Sequence record: MT446416.1
Length of the DNA: 64,000 nt
Origin: Escherichia virus TH47
Reading direction: 5' to 3' (one strand)
This document shows, piece by piece, positions 28,804 to 40,951 of the stretch; within the stretch, counting starts at the first letter, position 1, and each line of letters starts with the position of its first letter. The translations under genes were made by a program, and so were the position numbers. The notes beneath the pieces are model-generated. The model was not told the DNA's origin. It did not search any database and saw nothing but the letters and a program-made list of their open reading frames with translations.

Positions 28804-29260
28804 AAACTCCTGTTTTTTTGTATTTTAAAATAAAATCTCTTGCTGCTTTCATAAGTTTAAATGGAATAGCTAATTCTTTAACAGTACTATCCATGAAATG
28901 TTCTTCTTCTGTATCATAGAATGTTGACATGTAATGGTCACAATCGTCAATTCTATCCCAGAAATCGGATGTACTTGGCTTGTTAGCGATGACAGTTATT
29001 TGTTTATCAGTTTTAGTATAGGAGGCATGTATCGTTAATCCAACATCACCCTTTTCAACACGAATTATAAACGAATTATTAGATGTATAACTCAGCCAAC
29101 AATCTTCACCGAAGTATACAGTACTGTGTTTCTTCTCAAATGTATTACTGTTTTCAAGTACATCAATGACAATATCAACCGCATTGTCACTTAAAATTTT
29201 GACCATATCATCTTCCTCGTAGGTTTCTGGCAATTTCAAAGATACCATTAATGTTGTCAA
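28790..29260 (-). CDS. FQxS-motif paralog family member (156 aa; Met variant of the motif)
   Basis: C-terminal TEEEHFMDSTVKEL. Confidence 0.5.
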   Translation of the reverse strand: MTTLMVSLKLPETYEEDDMVKILSDNAVDIVIDVLENSNTFEKKHSTVYFGEDCWLSYTSNNSFIIRVEKGDVGLTIHASYTKTDKQITVIANKPSTSDFWDRIDDCDHYMSTFYDTEEEHFMDSTVKELAIPFKLMKAARDFILKYKKTGVYDAI

Positions 29261-29612
29261 CTGTCAATCCACACATATCGTATACAGTAGATAGCTGAAA
29301 GAACATATCTTCATCTATAGTAACATGTTCAATCTGCATTTGCAAGAGCACTTCACCAAGAAAATGATCGTATGTTTGTATCTTAAAAGAATCATAATAT
29401 ATATCAATGAAGAATTTTGGCACACCATAGAACGAAACGACAAGTACAATGTTGTCAGAAGCTTCACATGGAACACTCAATGTATTTTTAAATGAACGGT
29501 ATTCAAATGTGTACGGGTCCACGTCACATGTATAGAATGAACTACACCCTTCAGAAAATATTACACCATTTTCAATTAGCATAGATAGTGCATGTGGTGG
29601 AATTTTCAACAT
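29208..29612 (-). CDS. FQxS-motif paralog family member (134 aa)
   Basis: C-terminal DEDMFFQLSTVYDM. Confidence 0.5.
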   Translation of the reverse strand: MLKIPPHALSMLIENGVIFSEGCSSFYTCDVDPYTFEYRSFKNTLSVPCEASDNIVLVVSFYGVPKFFIDIYYDSFKIQTYDHFLGEVLLQMQIEHVTIDEDMFFQLSTVYDMCGLTVDNINGIFEIARNLRGR

Positions 29613-29620
29613 TTCAATGT

Positions 29621-30097
29621 TTATCCTTTATTTTGTTGTACGTTATTATGTAGTACACCACAAATATAAAATAATTTACTTAGATTAGAATAACTTATGT
29701 TAGTTAGATCGTATACGAAATTTAGTTGCATATACATATCTTCAGTTAAATCATACAATGATTCGTCCACATCAATTACAATTTTCTTTGTAGTGTCAAT
29801 CTCTACTTTATTAGGCCATACATCAATAACATAATCATCACCATGTTTTTCAGATATGGAAATGAAAACATTATCGCTTTGTTCTAAAAACTCCATGTAT
29901 CCGTTAAGAAATGATCCAGTTATTATCTCATATTCACCAGAATGATACGTTGTTCTGGACTCAAATTCATTTAAAAATATCAAACGATATGTTTGGTTGA
30001 TATACTCATCAATTAAACTAATAACTTCTTTATTCATTACATTAATCCCCACAAGAAAAAAGGCCGATTCATAATGAATCAGCCTTAAGTATAACAC
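29621..30097 (-). CDS. FQxS-motif paralog family member (158 aa; true start probably internal Met near 30039)
   Basis: C-terminal TEDMYMQLNFVYDL; a terminator-like hairpin at 30062..30084 lies inside the annotated 5' end. Confidence 0.45.
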   Translation of the reverse strand: MLYLRLIHYESAFFLVGINVMNKEVISLIDEYINQTYRLIFLNEFESRTTYHSGEYEIITGSFLNGYMEFLEQSDNVFISISEKHGDDYVIDVWPNKVEIDTTKKIVIDVDESLYDLTEDMYMQLNFVYDLTNISYSNLSKLFYICGVLHNNVQQNKG

Positions 30098-30277
30098 AGT
30101 AGAAGTAAAAATGTCAACTTCTAAAATACAGTATCAAAGAGGAATAAAAAAGATACTGTTAGAGGGTAACGAATATAATGAACCATGAGGGTGATATCAT
30201 TATACTTTAAAAGAGTGATAGCTTCTAGACAAAAGGAGGAATTCAGTACCGACTAGAAGCTATCCGGTTAAACGATT

Positions 30278-30562
30278 TCAGTACTGAATGTTTAGTTTAG
30301 GATGAGTATGTCCATCTTCGATTTGCTTTAGAATCGAGTCGCGGATCTCCACTGCACCCTGATAACTGTATTTATCGTTCGGAACTACCCATGTATATTC
30401 ACCATCAGTGGTTTTAAAATCAATACATGGATTGTCTCTGTATTCAGATGCAATGATTGATATAACATGCAATGAATTCAATGAATGATTTGTATAAGGA
30501 TAATTGTTATTGTCTCGGAACGTGAATGTTTTTAGTTCATCAGGTGCAACAATAAATTCCAT
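30278..30562 (-). CDS. hypothetical protein (94 aa)
   Basis: ORF in gene series. Confidence 0.5.
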   Translation of the reverse strand: MEFIVAPDELKTFTFRDNNNYPYTNHSLNSLHVISIIASEYRDNPCIDFKTTDGEYTWVVPNDKYSYQGAVEIRDSILKQIEDGHTHPKLNIQY

Positions 30563-30753
30563 TATTCATCCTCGTACTTCTTGAATGGTGGAACATCTAC
30601 CTTGAAGTCTTTGCACATCTTAGTTGCACGAACTTCAGTATTGTTGTGGTAATTTTTATTAAATTCATAAGAAACATAATTACGAATACCAGGTGTATGA
30701 ATAATAGCAAGAACCAATGTACGACCAAATAAGCATAACAAATTCAAAAACAT
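30562..30753 (-). CDS. hypothetical protein (63 aa)
   Basis: Small ORF. Confidence 0.4.
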   Translation of the reverse strand: MFLNLLCLFGRTLVLAIIHTPGIRNYVSYEFNKNYHNNTEVRATKMCKDFKVDVPPFKKYEDE

Positions 30754-30766
30754 ATTAAGCTCCGAG

Positions 30767-31126
30767 TTATGGATTAATCAAACGACACATACCAACTATA
30801 ACATTTATCTCTTCTAATGTCAAGTCACCAATGTCATTTATCATTGAGTACTGGAATAATGACTCTTCTGTGTACTCAAAATCACGTACTGCTATAAAAA
30901 TTGGCTCCTTAGAAACATCTAATGTTATCTTAGCCATTGTACTATATAAATCAAATTGATACAAAATATTAGGAGAAGTATATGCTATGTATATATTATT
31001 ACATTCTGATGGATGTACCAGTGTGAATCCATCATAACATAATATTTTTATGTTAGGATCATCAAAATTACCAGTATAAAGATTCTTACGAACATCTTGC
31101 ATTATACAAGTTATTAAACTAGTCAT
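30767..31126 (-). CDS. FQxS-motif paralog family member (119 aa)
   Basis: C-terminal TEESLFQYSMINDIGDL. Confidence 0.5.
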   Translation of the reverse strand: MTSLITCIMQDVRKNLYTGNFDDPNIKILCYDGFTLVHPSECNNIYIAYTSPNILYQFDLYSTMAKITLDVSKEPIFIAVRDFEYTEESLFQYSMINDIGDLTLEEINVIVGMCRLINP

Positions 31127-31535
31127 TAAACGGATTTAGAACCTCTTCTGGAATTAATCTTTGAACTTTAAGTATAGCATTAATGTCCTCAAATGTCAAT
31201 CCATTTAGATCGTTTACGAGACAGTACTGAAAGAATTTTTCTTCAGTATCTATATCGTCAAAATTCAATTCAATTCTAGTGTCAATATAATCACTATTTA
31301 CATTAGCAATTCTGATTTTAACTCGTTCAAAATACACATCAAATGAATAAAAATGATCATTGATTTCATAACCAAGAAAAATATTAAAACATTTACTCAA
31401 ATCAGTGGTTTCGTTCAAATCGCCATCATAGCAAAAAACTCTAACTTCACCAATATCTTCTAATTGTACATCATGCAGTGACCATGCGTTGTTTTTTAAT
31501 ACGTAGTTCACCATTTTAACAATGTTGTATTTCAT
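31119..31535 (-). CDS. FQxS-motif paralog family member (138 aa)
   Basis: C-terminal TEEKFFQYCLVNDLNGL. Confidence 0.5.
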   Translation of the reverse strand: MKYNIVKMVNYVLKNNAWSLHDVQLEDIGEVRVFCYDGDLNETTDLSKCFNIFLGYEINDHFYSFDVYFERVKIRIANVNSDYIDTRIELNFDDIDTEEKFFQYCLVNDLNGLTFEDINAILKVQRLIPEEVLNPFND

Positions 31536-31552
31536 AGTGTACCTTAAAAAAT

Positions 31553-31960
31553 TTATTTACGATTCCTTGCGGAGTTCTTGTTCCTCGCTCTGAATGTTGG
31601 TGTCATCGAATGACAATTAGGGCAAAGGATTTTTAAATTCGGTAGGTCATTATTTGTAGCATCACCATCAATGTGCTCAACTTCTGTCAGTACTGCACCA
31701 TCAACTGGGTGACGTTTATCCCATCCACATTCTTCACATGCAGTTCCGCGTGTTTCATGTAGATATCTTCTCACAAATGGGCATAACTGTATGGTAATAC
31801 CTTTATATCCAGGATGTTCACCGTTAAGCCATTTATCAACTTTCTGTTGATATTGTAGCTCTTGTTGACATGCAACACTACAATATTTTGTTTGGCCCTT
31901 TCGAACCAATTCAATTTTACAACATGTACAATAACGTTTTTCTTTCATATAGTTCTCCAT
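31553..31960 (-). CDS. HNH homing endonuclease (135 aa)
   Basis: Zn-ribbon CTCC...CSVAC and HNH core VEHIDGDATNNDLPNLKILCPNCHSM. Confidence 0.7.
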   Translation of the reverse strand: MENYMKEKRYCTCCKIELVRKGQTKYCSVACQQELQYQQKVDKWLNGEHPGYKGITIQLCPFVRRYLHETRGTACEECGWDKRHPVDGAVLTEVEHIDGDATNNDLPNLKILCPNCHSMTPTFRARNKNSARNRK

Positions 31961-32076
31961 ATATTATGGAGTATTTATATGTAAGAAAAATATCATTTTT
32001 GAGGTCAATATCAGAATTGCACTGATTATTCAGACTTACAAGGTCCGTGTTATACTCTTTTAACTAATCGACCTGA

Positions 32077-32169
<93 letters not shown>

Positions 32170-32170
32170 T

Positions 32171-32209
<39 letters not shown>

Positions 32210-32214
32210 AGCAC

Positions 32215-32583
<369 letters not shown>

Positions 32584-32627
32584 AATTGCTTTATAAGCTA
32601 CTGAATCGGGAATCACAACCTCCCCAT

Positions 32628-33145
<518 letters not shown>

Positions 33146-33154
33146 ATTTGTTTC

Positions 33155-33340
33155 CTATGAAATGAATGTAGCGTTAATTCCCATTATAAATGCAAATATA
33201 CCAAACAATATCAGACCGATTGGTACAAAGATCATAGATCTATTTCCATGTTTCGATAAAAATCGTTCAAGTATAATTAAACGTATTGATATAGGAACCA
33301 TTATAATAATATACAATATTGAAAGAATTAAAAGTTGCAT
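33155..33340 (-). CDS. small membrane protein (61 aa)
   Basis: Two hydrophobic segments. Confidence 0.45.
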   Translation of the reverse strand: MQLLILSILYIIIMVPISIRLIILERFLSKHGNRSMIFVPIGLILFGIFAFIMGINATFIS

Positions 33341-33366
33341 TTTAATTTCCTATTATCATTTCGTTT

Positions 33367-33439
33367 TGCGACTCTGGAGGAACTCGAATCCCCAACCAAT
33401 TAATTAACAGTTAATCGCACCACCAATTGTGCTACAGAG
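33367..33439 (-). tRNA. tRNA-Asn (anticodon GTT)
   Basis: Manual cloverleaf: acceptor GACTCTG/CAGAGTC, D-stem GCAC/GTGC, anticodon stem ATTAA/TTAAT with loop CTGTTAA, T-arm GGGGA-TTCGAGT-TCCTC, discriminator G. Confidence 0.7.
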
Positions 33440-33449
33440 TCATAATTAT

Positions 33450-34154
33450 TTACAAGCCATGTCTTTTCAAAAATCTAGCAAACACATTTTTGGAAGCACC
33501 ATAGCTTTCATATATACTAACTTTTTTCTCACCATTAGTCAAACGTTTTTTTATATCTTCTATGTTATCTTCTAAACGTTTTACGTTTGCAAATTTCTTA
33601 GATGGTATGTTATTTTTGGTTCTATAATTCAGTACTGAACCTGAACTGATATTCATTATTTTAGCAATTTCAGTATCTAACAAACCTTGGTTAATATATT
33701 CTTTTACCTTTTCATAATCAACTGATGTTTCACCACCCTTTGTATTTGACGGAGGCTTGACCATTTTTTGTGAACACTCAACACTACAATATTTTGTATA
33801 TGATTTCACTTTAGTATGTCTACGGGAAAATTCCGTATTACAACAAGCACATACAAATGAATCATATCGTGCTTGTACTCCATTCTTATGTGTTTTATAA
33901 CGATGTTCATCAACATGAAGTATTTGTAAATTAGACAAATCATCATTTGTGAAATCATTATCAATGTGGTCTGCTTCTTCAGACTCAGTTAAATATCTAC
34001 CTTCTTGTACTGCTAATAGATATCTGGCATATTGAGTACTGCTTCTATCAGTTGGAGAATTATAAAGTATTACAGTTCTTCTACCTTCAGGGTTTATCTG
34101 TATATACCCATTCTTCCAATCATTACTATATGGATATTCTAATTTTATTTTCAT
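33450..34154 (-). CDS. HNH homing endonuclease with C-terminal HTH-like domain (234 aa)
   Basis: HNH core EEADHIDNDFTNDDLSNLQILHVDEHRYKTH; Cys cluster CACCNTEF...CSVEC. Confidence 0.7.
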   Translation of the reverse strand: MKIKLEYPYSNDWKNGYIQINPEGRRTVILYNSPTDRSSTQYARYLLAVQEGRYLTESEEADHIDNDFTNDDLSNLQILHVDEHRYKTHKNGVQARYDSFVCACCNTEFSRRHTKVKSYTKYCSVECSQKMVKPPSNTKGGETSVDYEKVKEYINQGLLDTEIAKIMNISSGSVLNYRTKNNIPSKKFANVKRLEDNIEDIKKRLTNGEKKVSIYESYGASKNVFARFLKRHGL

Positions 34155-34507
34155 TATTTTATTTCAAAGTTTGTGAGCCATCTGTGAGTCGAACACAGTA
34201 CCTAACGATTCGTATAATCTATAGTTTTCACTATAGTACGGACTATATCATCATCCCATAGGGATGCCGGACGCTAATGATGTATTACACAGTAAGATCG
34301 TACTGTACCATCTAGTCTCTGCACCTTCCCAATACGCTTATTGGGCTTGGCTCAGGATTGTCATCACCATTACGTGTTAAGATTTCCCTGAATTCATCCA
34401 GTTTTTCAATCACCATTACTGATGAAAGTCACCATTGTCGATGAGTCGTTTGCTCTAACCACCGTGAGCTAATGGCCCGATTTGGGTGTTCCTAGTGTTT
34501 CATTATT

Positions 34508-34721
<214 letters not shown>

Positions 34722-34733
34722 AAATTAATTATA

Positions 34734-35126
<393 letters not shown>

Positions 35127-35219
35127 ATCACCAACTTTAATTAAAAAAATGGATGGTTACGCTTTTAAACGCCGCTGTTAATTCAGCTTTATAACCACCC
35201 GTTTTAACTTGCCTTTCGG

Positions 35220-35414
35220 CTACCTTGACGTGGGGGCGTACAGGCTACTAAAAGCAACTTCTGTAAACATATTTCCACACCTTACCCTTTTAAATAAAAG
35301 TCCATCCGGTTTTCCAGTTTGGTGAAGGACTGTCACCTCTAGTTTAAACCTGCTAGTCAAGTAATAATTGCCTATCGTCCAATTATCAAACCCGTCTAGG
35401 TTAACATTCACCAC
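35220..35414 (-). CDS. uncertain small ORF (64 aa) within a GC-richer ORF-poor stretch
   Basis: ggaag SD-like sequence upstream; could instead be part of a non-coding RNA. Confidence 0.3.
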   Translation of the reverse strand: MVNVNLDGFDNWTIGNYYLTSRFKLEVTVLHQTGKPDGLLFKRVRCGNMFTEVAFSSLYAPTSR

Positions 35415-35489
35415 TTCCTAGAGTGCCAGAGATCTTGTTCTGGATTTCATCGACGTAACTTACACCATATACGTCTGATTGTGGAATTC

Positions 35490-35514
35490 ATTATATCAGT
35501 ACTGAACTATTTAG

Positions 35515-35518
<4 letters not shown>
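35490..35518 (-). promoter_or_regulatory. sigma70-type promoter (TTGACT-N17-TATAAT) with TCAGTACTG in spacer
   Basis: Minus-strand reading ttgactaaatagttcagtactgatataat; near-identical to the promoter at 35903..35930. Confidence 0.5.
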
Positions 35519-35893
<375 letters not shown>

Positions 35894-35898
35894 TATAC

Positions 35899-36101
<203 letters not shown>

Positions 36102-36105
<4 letters not shown>

Positions 36106-36266
36106 ATTCGTACCAGTAGTTCAATTAAGTACATTTCATATGCTGGATCGTTGATAAGTTTATCATACAGATGTGACTCTGAAATGAATTCCCAATGATA
36201 TTTTCGCCATTTACCAAAACCTGCATATCTAAAATTAATGTCATTCATCCATTCTTCATGTGTCAT
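36102..36266 (-). CDS. small protein, MTHEEW tandem paralog 2 (54 aa), not in track
   Basis: Begins MTHEEWMNDINFRY...; 165-nt unit identical in length to its neighbours; ATGA overlaps. Confidence 0.4.
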
Positions 36267-36427
36267 AATCGTACCATTATTTCAATAAAGAACCACGGAT
36301 ATACTTCATGGTTTATAAGTTTATCGTATTCTGCTGGGTCTGATATAATTTCCCAATGATATTTTCGCCAACTACCTATACCCGAATATCTAACATTAAT
36401 GTCATCCATCCATTCTTCATGTGTCAT
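36263..36427 (-). CDS. small protein, MTHEEW tandem paralog 1 (54 aa), not in track
   Basis: Hand translation MTHEEWMDDINVRYSGIGSWRKYHWEIISDPAEYDKLINHEVYPWFFIEIMVRL. Confidence 0.4.
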   Translation of the reverse strand: MTHEEWMDDINVRYSGIGSWRKYHWEIISDPAEYDKLINHEVYPWFFIEIMVRL

Positions 36428-36465
36428 GGTTTTTAACCTTTAATTAAAATTGTCAAAAATGTATT

Positions 36466-37004
<539 letters not shown>

Positions 37005-37024
37005 ATCCTTAATATTATATTTTA

Positions 37025-37096
37025 TAAAGGGCCGGAGAATCGAACTCCGATTGGATTCTTAGAAGGAATCTGTTTTATCCATTAAACTAGCCCCTC
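37025..37096 (-). tRNA. tRNA-Arg (anticodon TCT)
   Basis: Manual fold: D-stem GTTT/AAAC, anticodon stem GATTC/GAATC with loop CTTCTAA, T-arm CGGAG-TTCGATT-CTCCG; acceptor GAGGGGC/GCCCTTT needs two G-U pairs including 1:72. Confidence 0.5.
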
Positions 37097-37156
37097 AGTA
37101 CTAATAATTATATCACATCTTTGTGGTCTGTCCCAGAAATTGTGATATAAAAGTTG

Positions 37157-37375
37157 TTATTCTTGTGGTTTAGTTACACCAACACCAATAATGCTTTTAA
37201 TATCAATATGGATATTAGCAAGTTCATTACTGTCAAACGGGTTAGTTTCAGTTACAACAACAGTGGCATCATTAACTAAAACTACTGAACCTTTTACGCG
37301 GTATCCCTGAAGGAGTACTTGAACATTGTCACCAGCGTTTAATGAGTTAATAACTTCTAATAGGGTAGATTCCAT
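37157..37375 (-). CDS. hypothetical protein (72 aa)
   Basis: ORF in gene series. Confidence 0.45.
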   Translation of the reverse strand: MESTLLEVINSLNAGDNVQVLLQGYRVKGSVVLVNDATVVVTETNPFDSNELANIHIDIKSIIGVGVTKPQE

Positions 37376-37391
37376 TTTATATTCCTTACGG

Positions 37392-37583
37392 TTAACTATT
37401 TTTACGTTTTTCTGATTCTGGTACAGTTTTCATTTCACCAATACATAGTTCCATGATGAGTACACCTTTATCATTATAACGTACTACATCTTCAATGTCA
37501 AAATGTCTCGCACTATGAACAACTTCAATACATGCATCATCGGGATATGATTCCAATAATGCTACAAGTTCTGCTTTTGTCAT
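37392..37583 (-). CDS. hypothetical protein (63 aa)
   Basis: Small ORF. Confidence 0.45.
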   Translation of the reverse strand: MTKAELVALLESYPDDACIEVVHSARHFDIEDVVRYNDKGVLIMELCIGEMKTVPESEKRKNS

Positions 37584-37712
37584 TTGCCATCTCTCTGTTA
37601 TTTATCTTTAGTAATTATAGCATAAAAACACATCATGTCAAATGTTTTATCTTTATTTTAAGTGATACACAGTACTGAAAATATAATAAAGAAAAATTTC
37701 CAGTACTGAGTT

Positions 37713-38687
37713 TTATTTAACGTGTTTCCATGATACACCTCTAATAGCTCTACTTATTTGCATTCTATGAACGCCAAACTTTTTTGCTAATGCGTCATAA
37801 CCAAATTCTTTATGTTTTGGTACAAATACTTTTCTACAGTATCTAACTATATCTTCAGTTAATTTGGAATTTGGTTGTTCATCACCTTTAAGATGATAAT
37901 CAGGGTTATTTATTTCTTTATATTCTGTACTTTCTTTTGCAGTCGCCCACATAAGATTGTCTAAATCATTATGTTCTTTATTACCATCTTTATGTATTAC
38001 GTATGGTTTGTTTTCGGGATTTGGTATAAAAGCCATTGCCATTACACGACTTATTTTAAATCCTATATGTTTGAATTCATCACCAACTTTTATTTTTGTT
38101 GCATGATATGGATTTCCATTACTTAGAGTCTGCTTTAATATTTTTCCAGTGCGTTTGCTGAATAAATTTCCATTATCACTAATAGAAAAATCATCCTCAA
38201 ATCCAATTACATCTTTAAATATTTCAGTTTCATTTTCTGGTGGTTCAAATGGTATTCGGTTTTTATAGTAATATGTATTTTTACAAGAAGTTCCGCAAAA
38301 TCCTTTTGACCTACTATCAGAAATTATTATTCTATTAGTACAGTTGATACATTTTGTTTCATATGGTACAAAGGGTTTATAATTTTCGTATTTTATATTA
38401 CTTCTTTCTAACATATGAATTCTAGCATGTTCAGATGCTGACAATATTTCAAGATTTTCTGGGGAATTATTTAATATATTTTCATCTATATGATGTACAT
38501 GTTCATCGGATGATAACCATCTACCTGCTGCAACTGCTGCAACATGTCTGTGATAATATACTCTCCCAGTTTTATGACACATGGGGTGTTCTTTATCCAT
38601 AAAATAAAGATAACCCTTATTAGTGCCGTGTAATTTTAATTGGTTTATTATACATACCAAAGTTCTCCGTAAGTTGTTGTTTCGCAT
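37713..38687 (-). CDS. two-module HNH homing endonuclease (324 aa)
   Basis: N-terminal HNH VHHIDENILNNSPENLEILSASEHARIH; second module FKDVIGFEDDFSISDNGNLFS plus VIHKDGNKEHNDLDNLMWAT. Confidence 0.7.
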   Translation of the reverse strand: MRNNNLRRTLVCIINQLKLHGTNKGYLYFMDKEHPMCHKTGRVYYHRHVAAVAAGRWLSSDEHVHHIDENILNNSPENLEILSASEHARIHMLERSNIKYENYKPFVPYETKCINCTNRIIISDSRSKGFCGTSCKNTYYYKNRIPFEPPENETEIFKDVIGFEDDFSISDNGNLFSKRTGKILKQTLSNGNPYHATKIKVGDEFKHIGFKISRVMAMAFIPNPENKPYVIHKDGNKEHNDLDNLMWATAKESTEYKEINNPDYHLKGDEQPNSKLTEDIVRYCRKVFVPKHKEFGYDALAKKFGVHRMQISRAIRGVSWKHVK

Positions 38688-38829
38688 AGAGATATCGGGG
38701 AGTCGAACCCCGCCTTAGAAAATCGGAAGTCTCCAGGAAAACCACTATATACCTCAATATGTGCATTTCATCTTTCAATAACTGCATTATATCACAGTTT
38801 TTTGATTTGTCTCAGGTTTATTTATCTTG

Positions 38830-39006
38830 TTATTTTTTATCTCTAATAGCAAGCTCGTAGATGAACCAGTGGTTAGAATCTTCGTCCAAAACCAATGATT
38901 CGAACGTTTTTTTATCGTTCAAAACATCATAATGGCCTTGGCGTATACCAAAACCAAAAGGATTATGTTTGAATTTTAGTTCATCTAACCATTCTTTGTG
39001 TGTCAT
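38830..39006 (-). CDS. small protein, fourth MTH[EK]EW paralog (58 aa), not in track
   Basis: Hand translation MTHKEWLDELKFKHNPFGFGIRQGHYDVLNDKKTFESLVLDEDSNHWFIYELAIRDKK; ATGA overlap with 39003..39188. Confidence 0.4.
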   Translation of the reverse strand: MTHKEWLDELKFKHNPFGFGIRQGHYDVLNDKKTFESLVLDEDSNHWFIYELAIRDKK

Positions 39007-39188
39007 CTTATTTTATCCATAACTGCTATACTAAAATATTTACCAAAATCATCACAATTGATAATGTTGTTATAGTACTCAATTGGGTTACGCAATGATA
39101 TATACAATTCAAGCTTAAAATAGTATATATCTGCTGCATTTATATTATAGTGTAGATTAAACCACTCATCAAATGTCTTAGGCTGCAT
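39003..39188 (-). CDS. hypothetical protein (61 aa)
   Basis: Small ORF. Confidence 0.4.
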   Translation of the reverse strand: MQPKTFDEWFNLHYNINAADIYYFKLELYISLRNPIEYYNNIINCDDFGKYFSIAVMDKIR

Positions 39189-39582
39189 TATATTTATCTT
39201 TATAAAAATCCATGATTTTAGTCAACAGTACTGCAATCGTATAATCTAAATCAGGATAAAGTAAATTGTACTGAAATTCTTCCTCTACACTATAGTTTGT
39301 GGTGCAGTACTGATAGTCTTTATAACCAATGGAAAAATGGTTAGGATACAATGTACAACGAAATCGATATGCTTCATCTGTCATATAATCATTGTATTCA
39401 ACACAGAAGTATAGTGATTTGGCATTTAATTCAATAAGCTCGACAAAACCATCAGGTAATGAATGGTTATAAATGACTGAATCTTCATTAAACCATTCAT
39501 AGTATTTTTCCAAAAAATCACTAATAGATACATCCAGACTTTGTATAGGTGGAGTAATGATAATTTGAACTTCGTTATTCAT
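39178..39582 (-). CDS. FQxS-motif paralog family member (134 aa)
   Basis: C-terminal SVEEEFQYNLLYPDL. Confidence 0.5.
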   Translation of the reverse strand: MNNEVQIIITPPIQSLDVSISDFLEKYYEWFNEDSVIYNHSLPDGFVELIELNAKSLYFCVEYNDYMTDEAYRFRCTLYPNHFSIGYKDYQYCTTNYSVEEEFQYNLLYPDLDYTIAVLLTKIMDFYKDKYNAA

Positions 39583-40127
39583 TTCGACCCCTTACTATAT
39601 TTCACGTATGGGCTATCATACAGATCATAACTTTTTTGTGCACGTTCTTTTCTACGTTCATACATGATTCTATCATACTCCTTGGCTTTCGCATTTGCTT
39701 CATTATACAATTTTAAAATTAGCAAAAATGTATCAAGGTCAGGATAGTTTGCTGGATTGATAGTACTCAGCATAAATCGTTCTTCTTCAGTTCTAGCTAA
39801 GTCAAACTCGTACTTAATAGTTTTATACCCACTCCATTTATATGTATGTGTTACTTTATTAGTAAGTACATTGTATCCAACGAAGTCAGTACTACCATCA
39901 AGTACACGAGTAATCATAATAGATGTACCAATGACAATCTGCACAGAACTCATTTCTGTAGTTTTAAAGTAATATATATTACCACGTCGCAGATTAACTT
40001 CTCGTGTCCCAACATGAACATGCTTAAGAACTTCACTTAATGGTTCTGGTACACCACGAATAGGCATATTAATGCTCCTTTTTAATTCTATACATTTTAA
40101 CAGCACTGGTTTCCCAAAAGTCACCAT
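39579..40127 (-). CDS. FQxS-like paralog with C-terminal extension (182 aa; Met variant)
   Basis: TEEERFMLSTINPANY. Confidence 0.45.
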   Translation of the reverse strand: MVTFGKPVLLKCIELKRSINMPIRGVPEPLSEVLKHVHVGTREVNLRRGNIYYFKTTEMSSVQIVIGTSIMITRVLDGSTDFVGYNVLTNKVTHTYKWSGYKTIKYEFDLARTEEERFMLSTINPANYPDLDTFLLILKLYNEANAKAKEYDRIMYERRKERAQKSYDLYDSPYVKYSKGSK

Positions 40128-40305
40128 CTAAGTTGCTGAATTTATATATAGTTTCGAGATTTTCACCATCAAACGAAAACAATACAACATCTTCTTGTAC
40201 AGTACCGTTATGTAACATGATATCATAAACTTCATTTCTTACAAATAATTCTTTGGCCTTAGAAATATCAAAATTAATAAATTTCATATATCCTCCTATT
40301 ATCAT
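40069..40305 (-). CDS. hypothetical protein (78 aa)
   Basis: Small ORF. Confidence 0.4.
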   Translation of the reverse strand: MIIGGYMKFINFDISKAKELFVRNEVYDIMLHNGTVQEDVVLFSFDGENLETIYKFSNLDGDFWETSAVKMYRIKKEH

Positions 40306-40335
40306 TATTTGTATTATATCAGAGTTTCATTGCAC

Positions 40336-40728
40336 TTACCAGCATGTTTTCATAACTTCTGTGATGTAAATCATTTTATCTTTTAGTTCATAAGGGATGC
40401 AAATTTCACCTGGGCTTAACGTTGTGTTCTTTTGAAACTCATCCTCTTCGGAATCAGCCAGGTAAAATGGGTGCGTCACAAAGTTATCATCAACTGGACG
40501 ATTATGTGGTTTCATTAATGCATCATGATTGACAAAATAATAAGCATCAATATCAGGACGGAAATACAAACAATCAACCTTAATGCACGGGTGTAACCAT
40601 AAGGACAAAGAATATGTTATTTGGTTACCAATTTGTCTTGGACCAGATGCAATTGTATTGATGTTATTTTTATCTTGTACCATTTCATAAATGAAATCTA
40701 TCATTTCACGTAGTTCAGATTCAGTCAT
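40336..40728 (-). CDS. FQxS-motif paralog family member (130 aa)
   Basis: C-terminal SEEDEFQKNTTLSPG. Confidence 0.5.
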   Translation of the reverse strand: MTESELREMIDFIYEMVQDKNNINTIASGPRQIGNQITYSLSLWLHPCIKVDCLYFRPDIDAYYFVNHDALMKPHNRPVDDNFVTHPFYLADSEEDEFQKNTTLSPGEICIPYELKDKMIYITEVMKTCW

Positions 40729-40779
40729 TTTATTTCCTTAAAAAAAATACCCAGTACTAGACTGGGTATAAAGTAATGT

Positions 40780-40929
40780 TCAATCAGATTTCTTTTCGTA
40801 ATCTGCAAAAACAGTCAGGATTGTTGCACCCAGTGAATCAACTGCTGCTGCACGTTTTTCATCAAGGGATTTCGCTAGTTCTTGAATCTCTTGAAGTTTT
40901 ACTACTAAGTCAATTTTTTGATTACTCAT
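40780..40929 (-). CDS. small hypothetical protein (about 49 aa; start trimmed to internal Met)
   Basis: Internal start MSNQKIDLVV... is preceded by aggagaag SD; avoids 71-nt overlap with upstream gene. Confidence 0.4.
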   Translation of the reverse strand: MSNQKIDLVVKLQEIQELAKSLDEKRAAAVDSLGATILTVFADYEKKSD

Positions 40930-40951
40930 TACTTCTCCTATTGAATGTATT

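Noticed and set aside
38693-38760. Complete tRNA upstream of the HNH gene 37713..38687
   Set aside because: T-arm and 3' acceptor strand are canonical, but the 5' part is about 6 nt too short and no anticodon stem forms; reported only as a tRNA-like fragment
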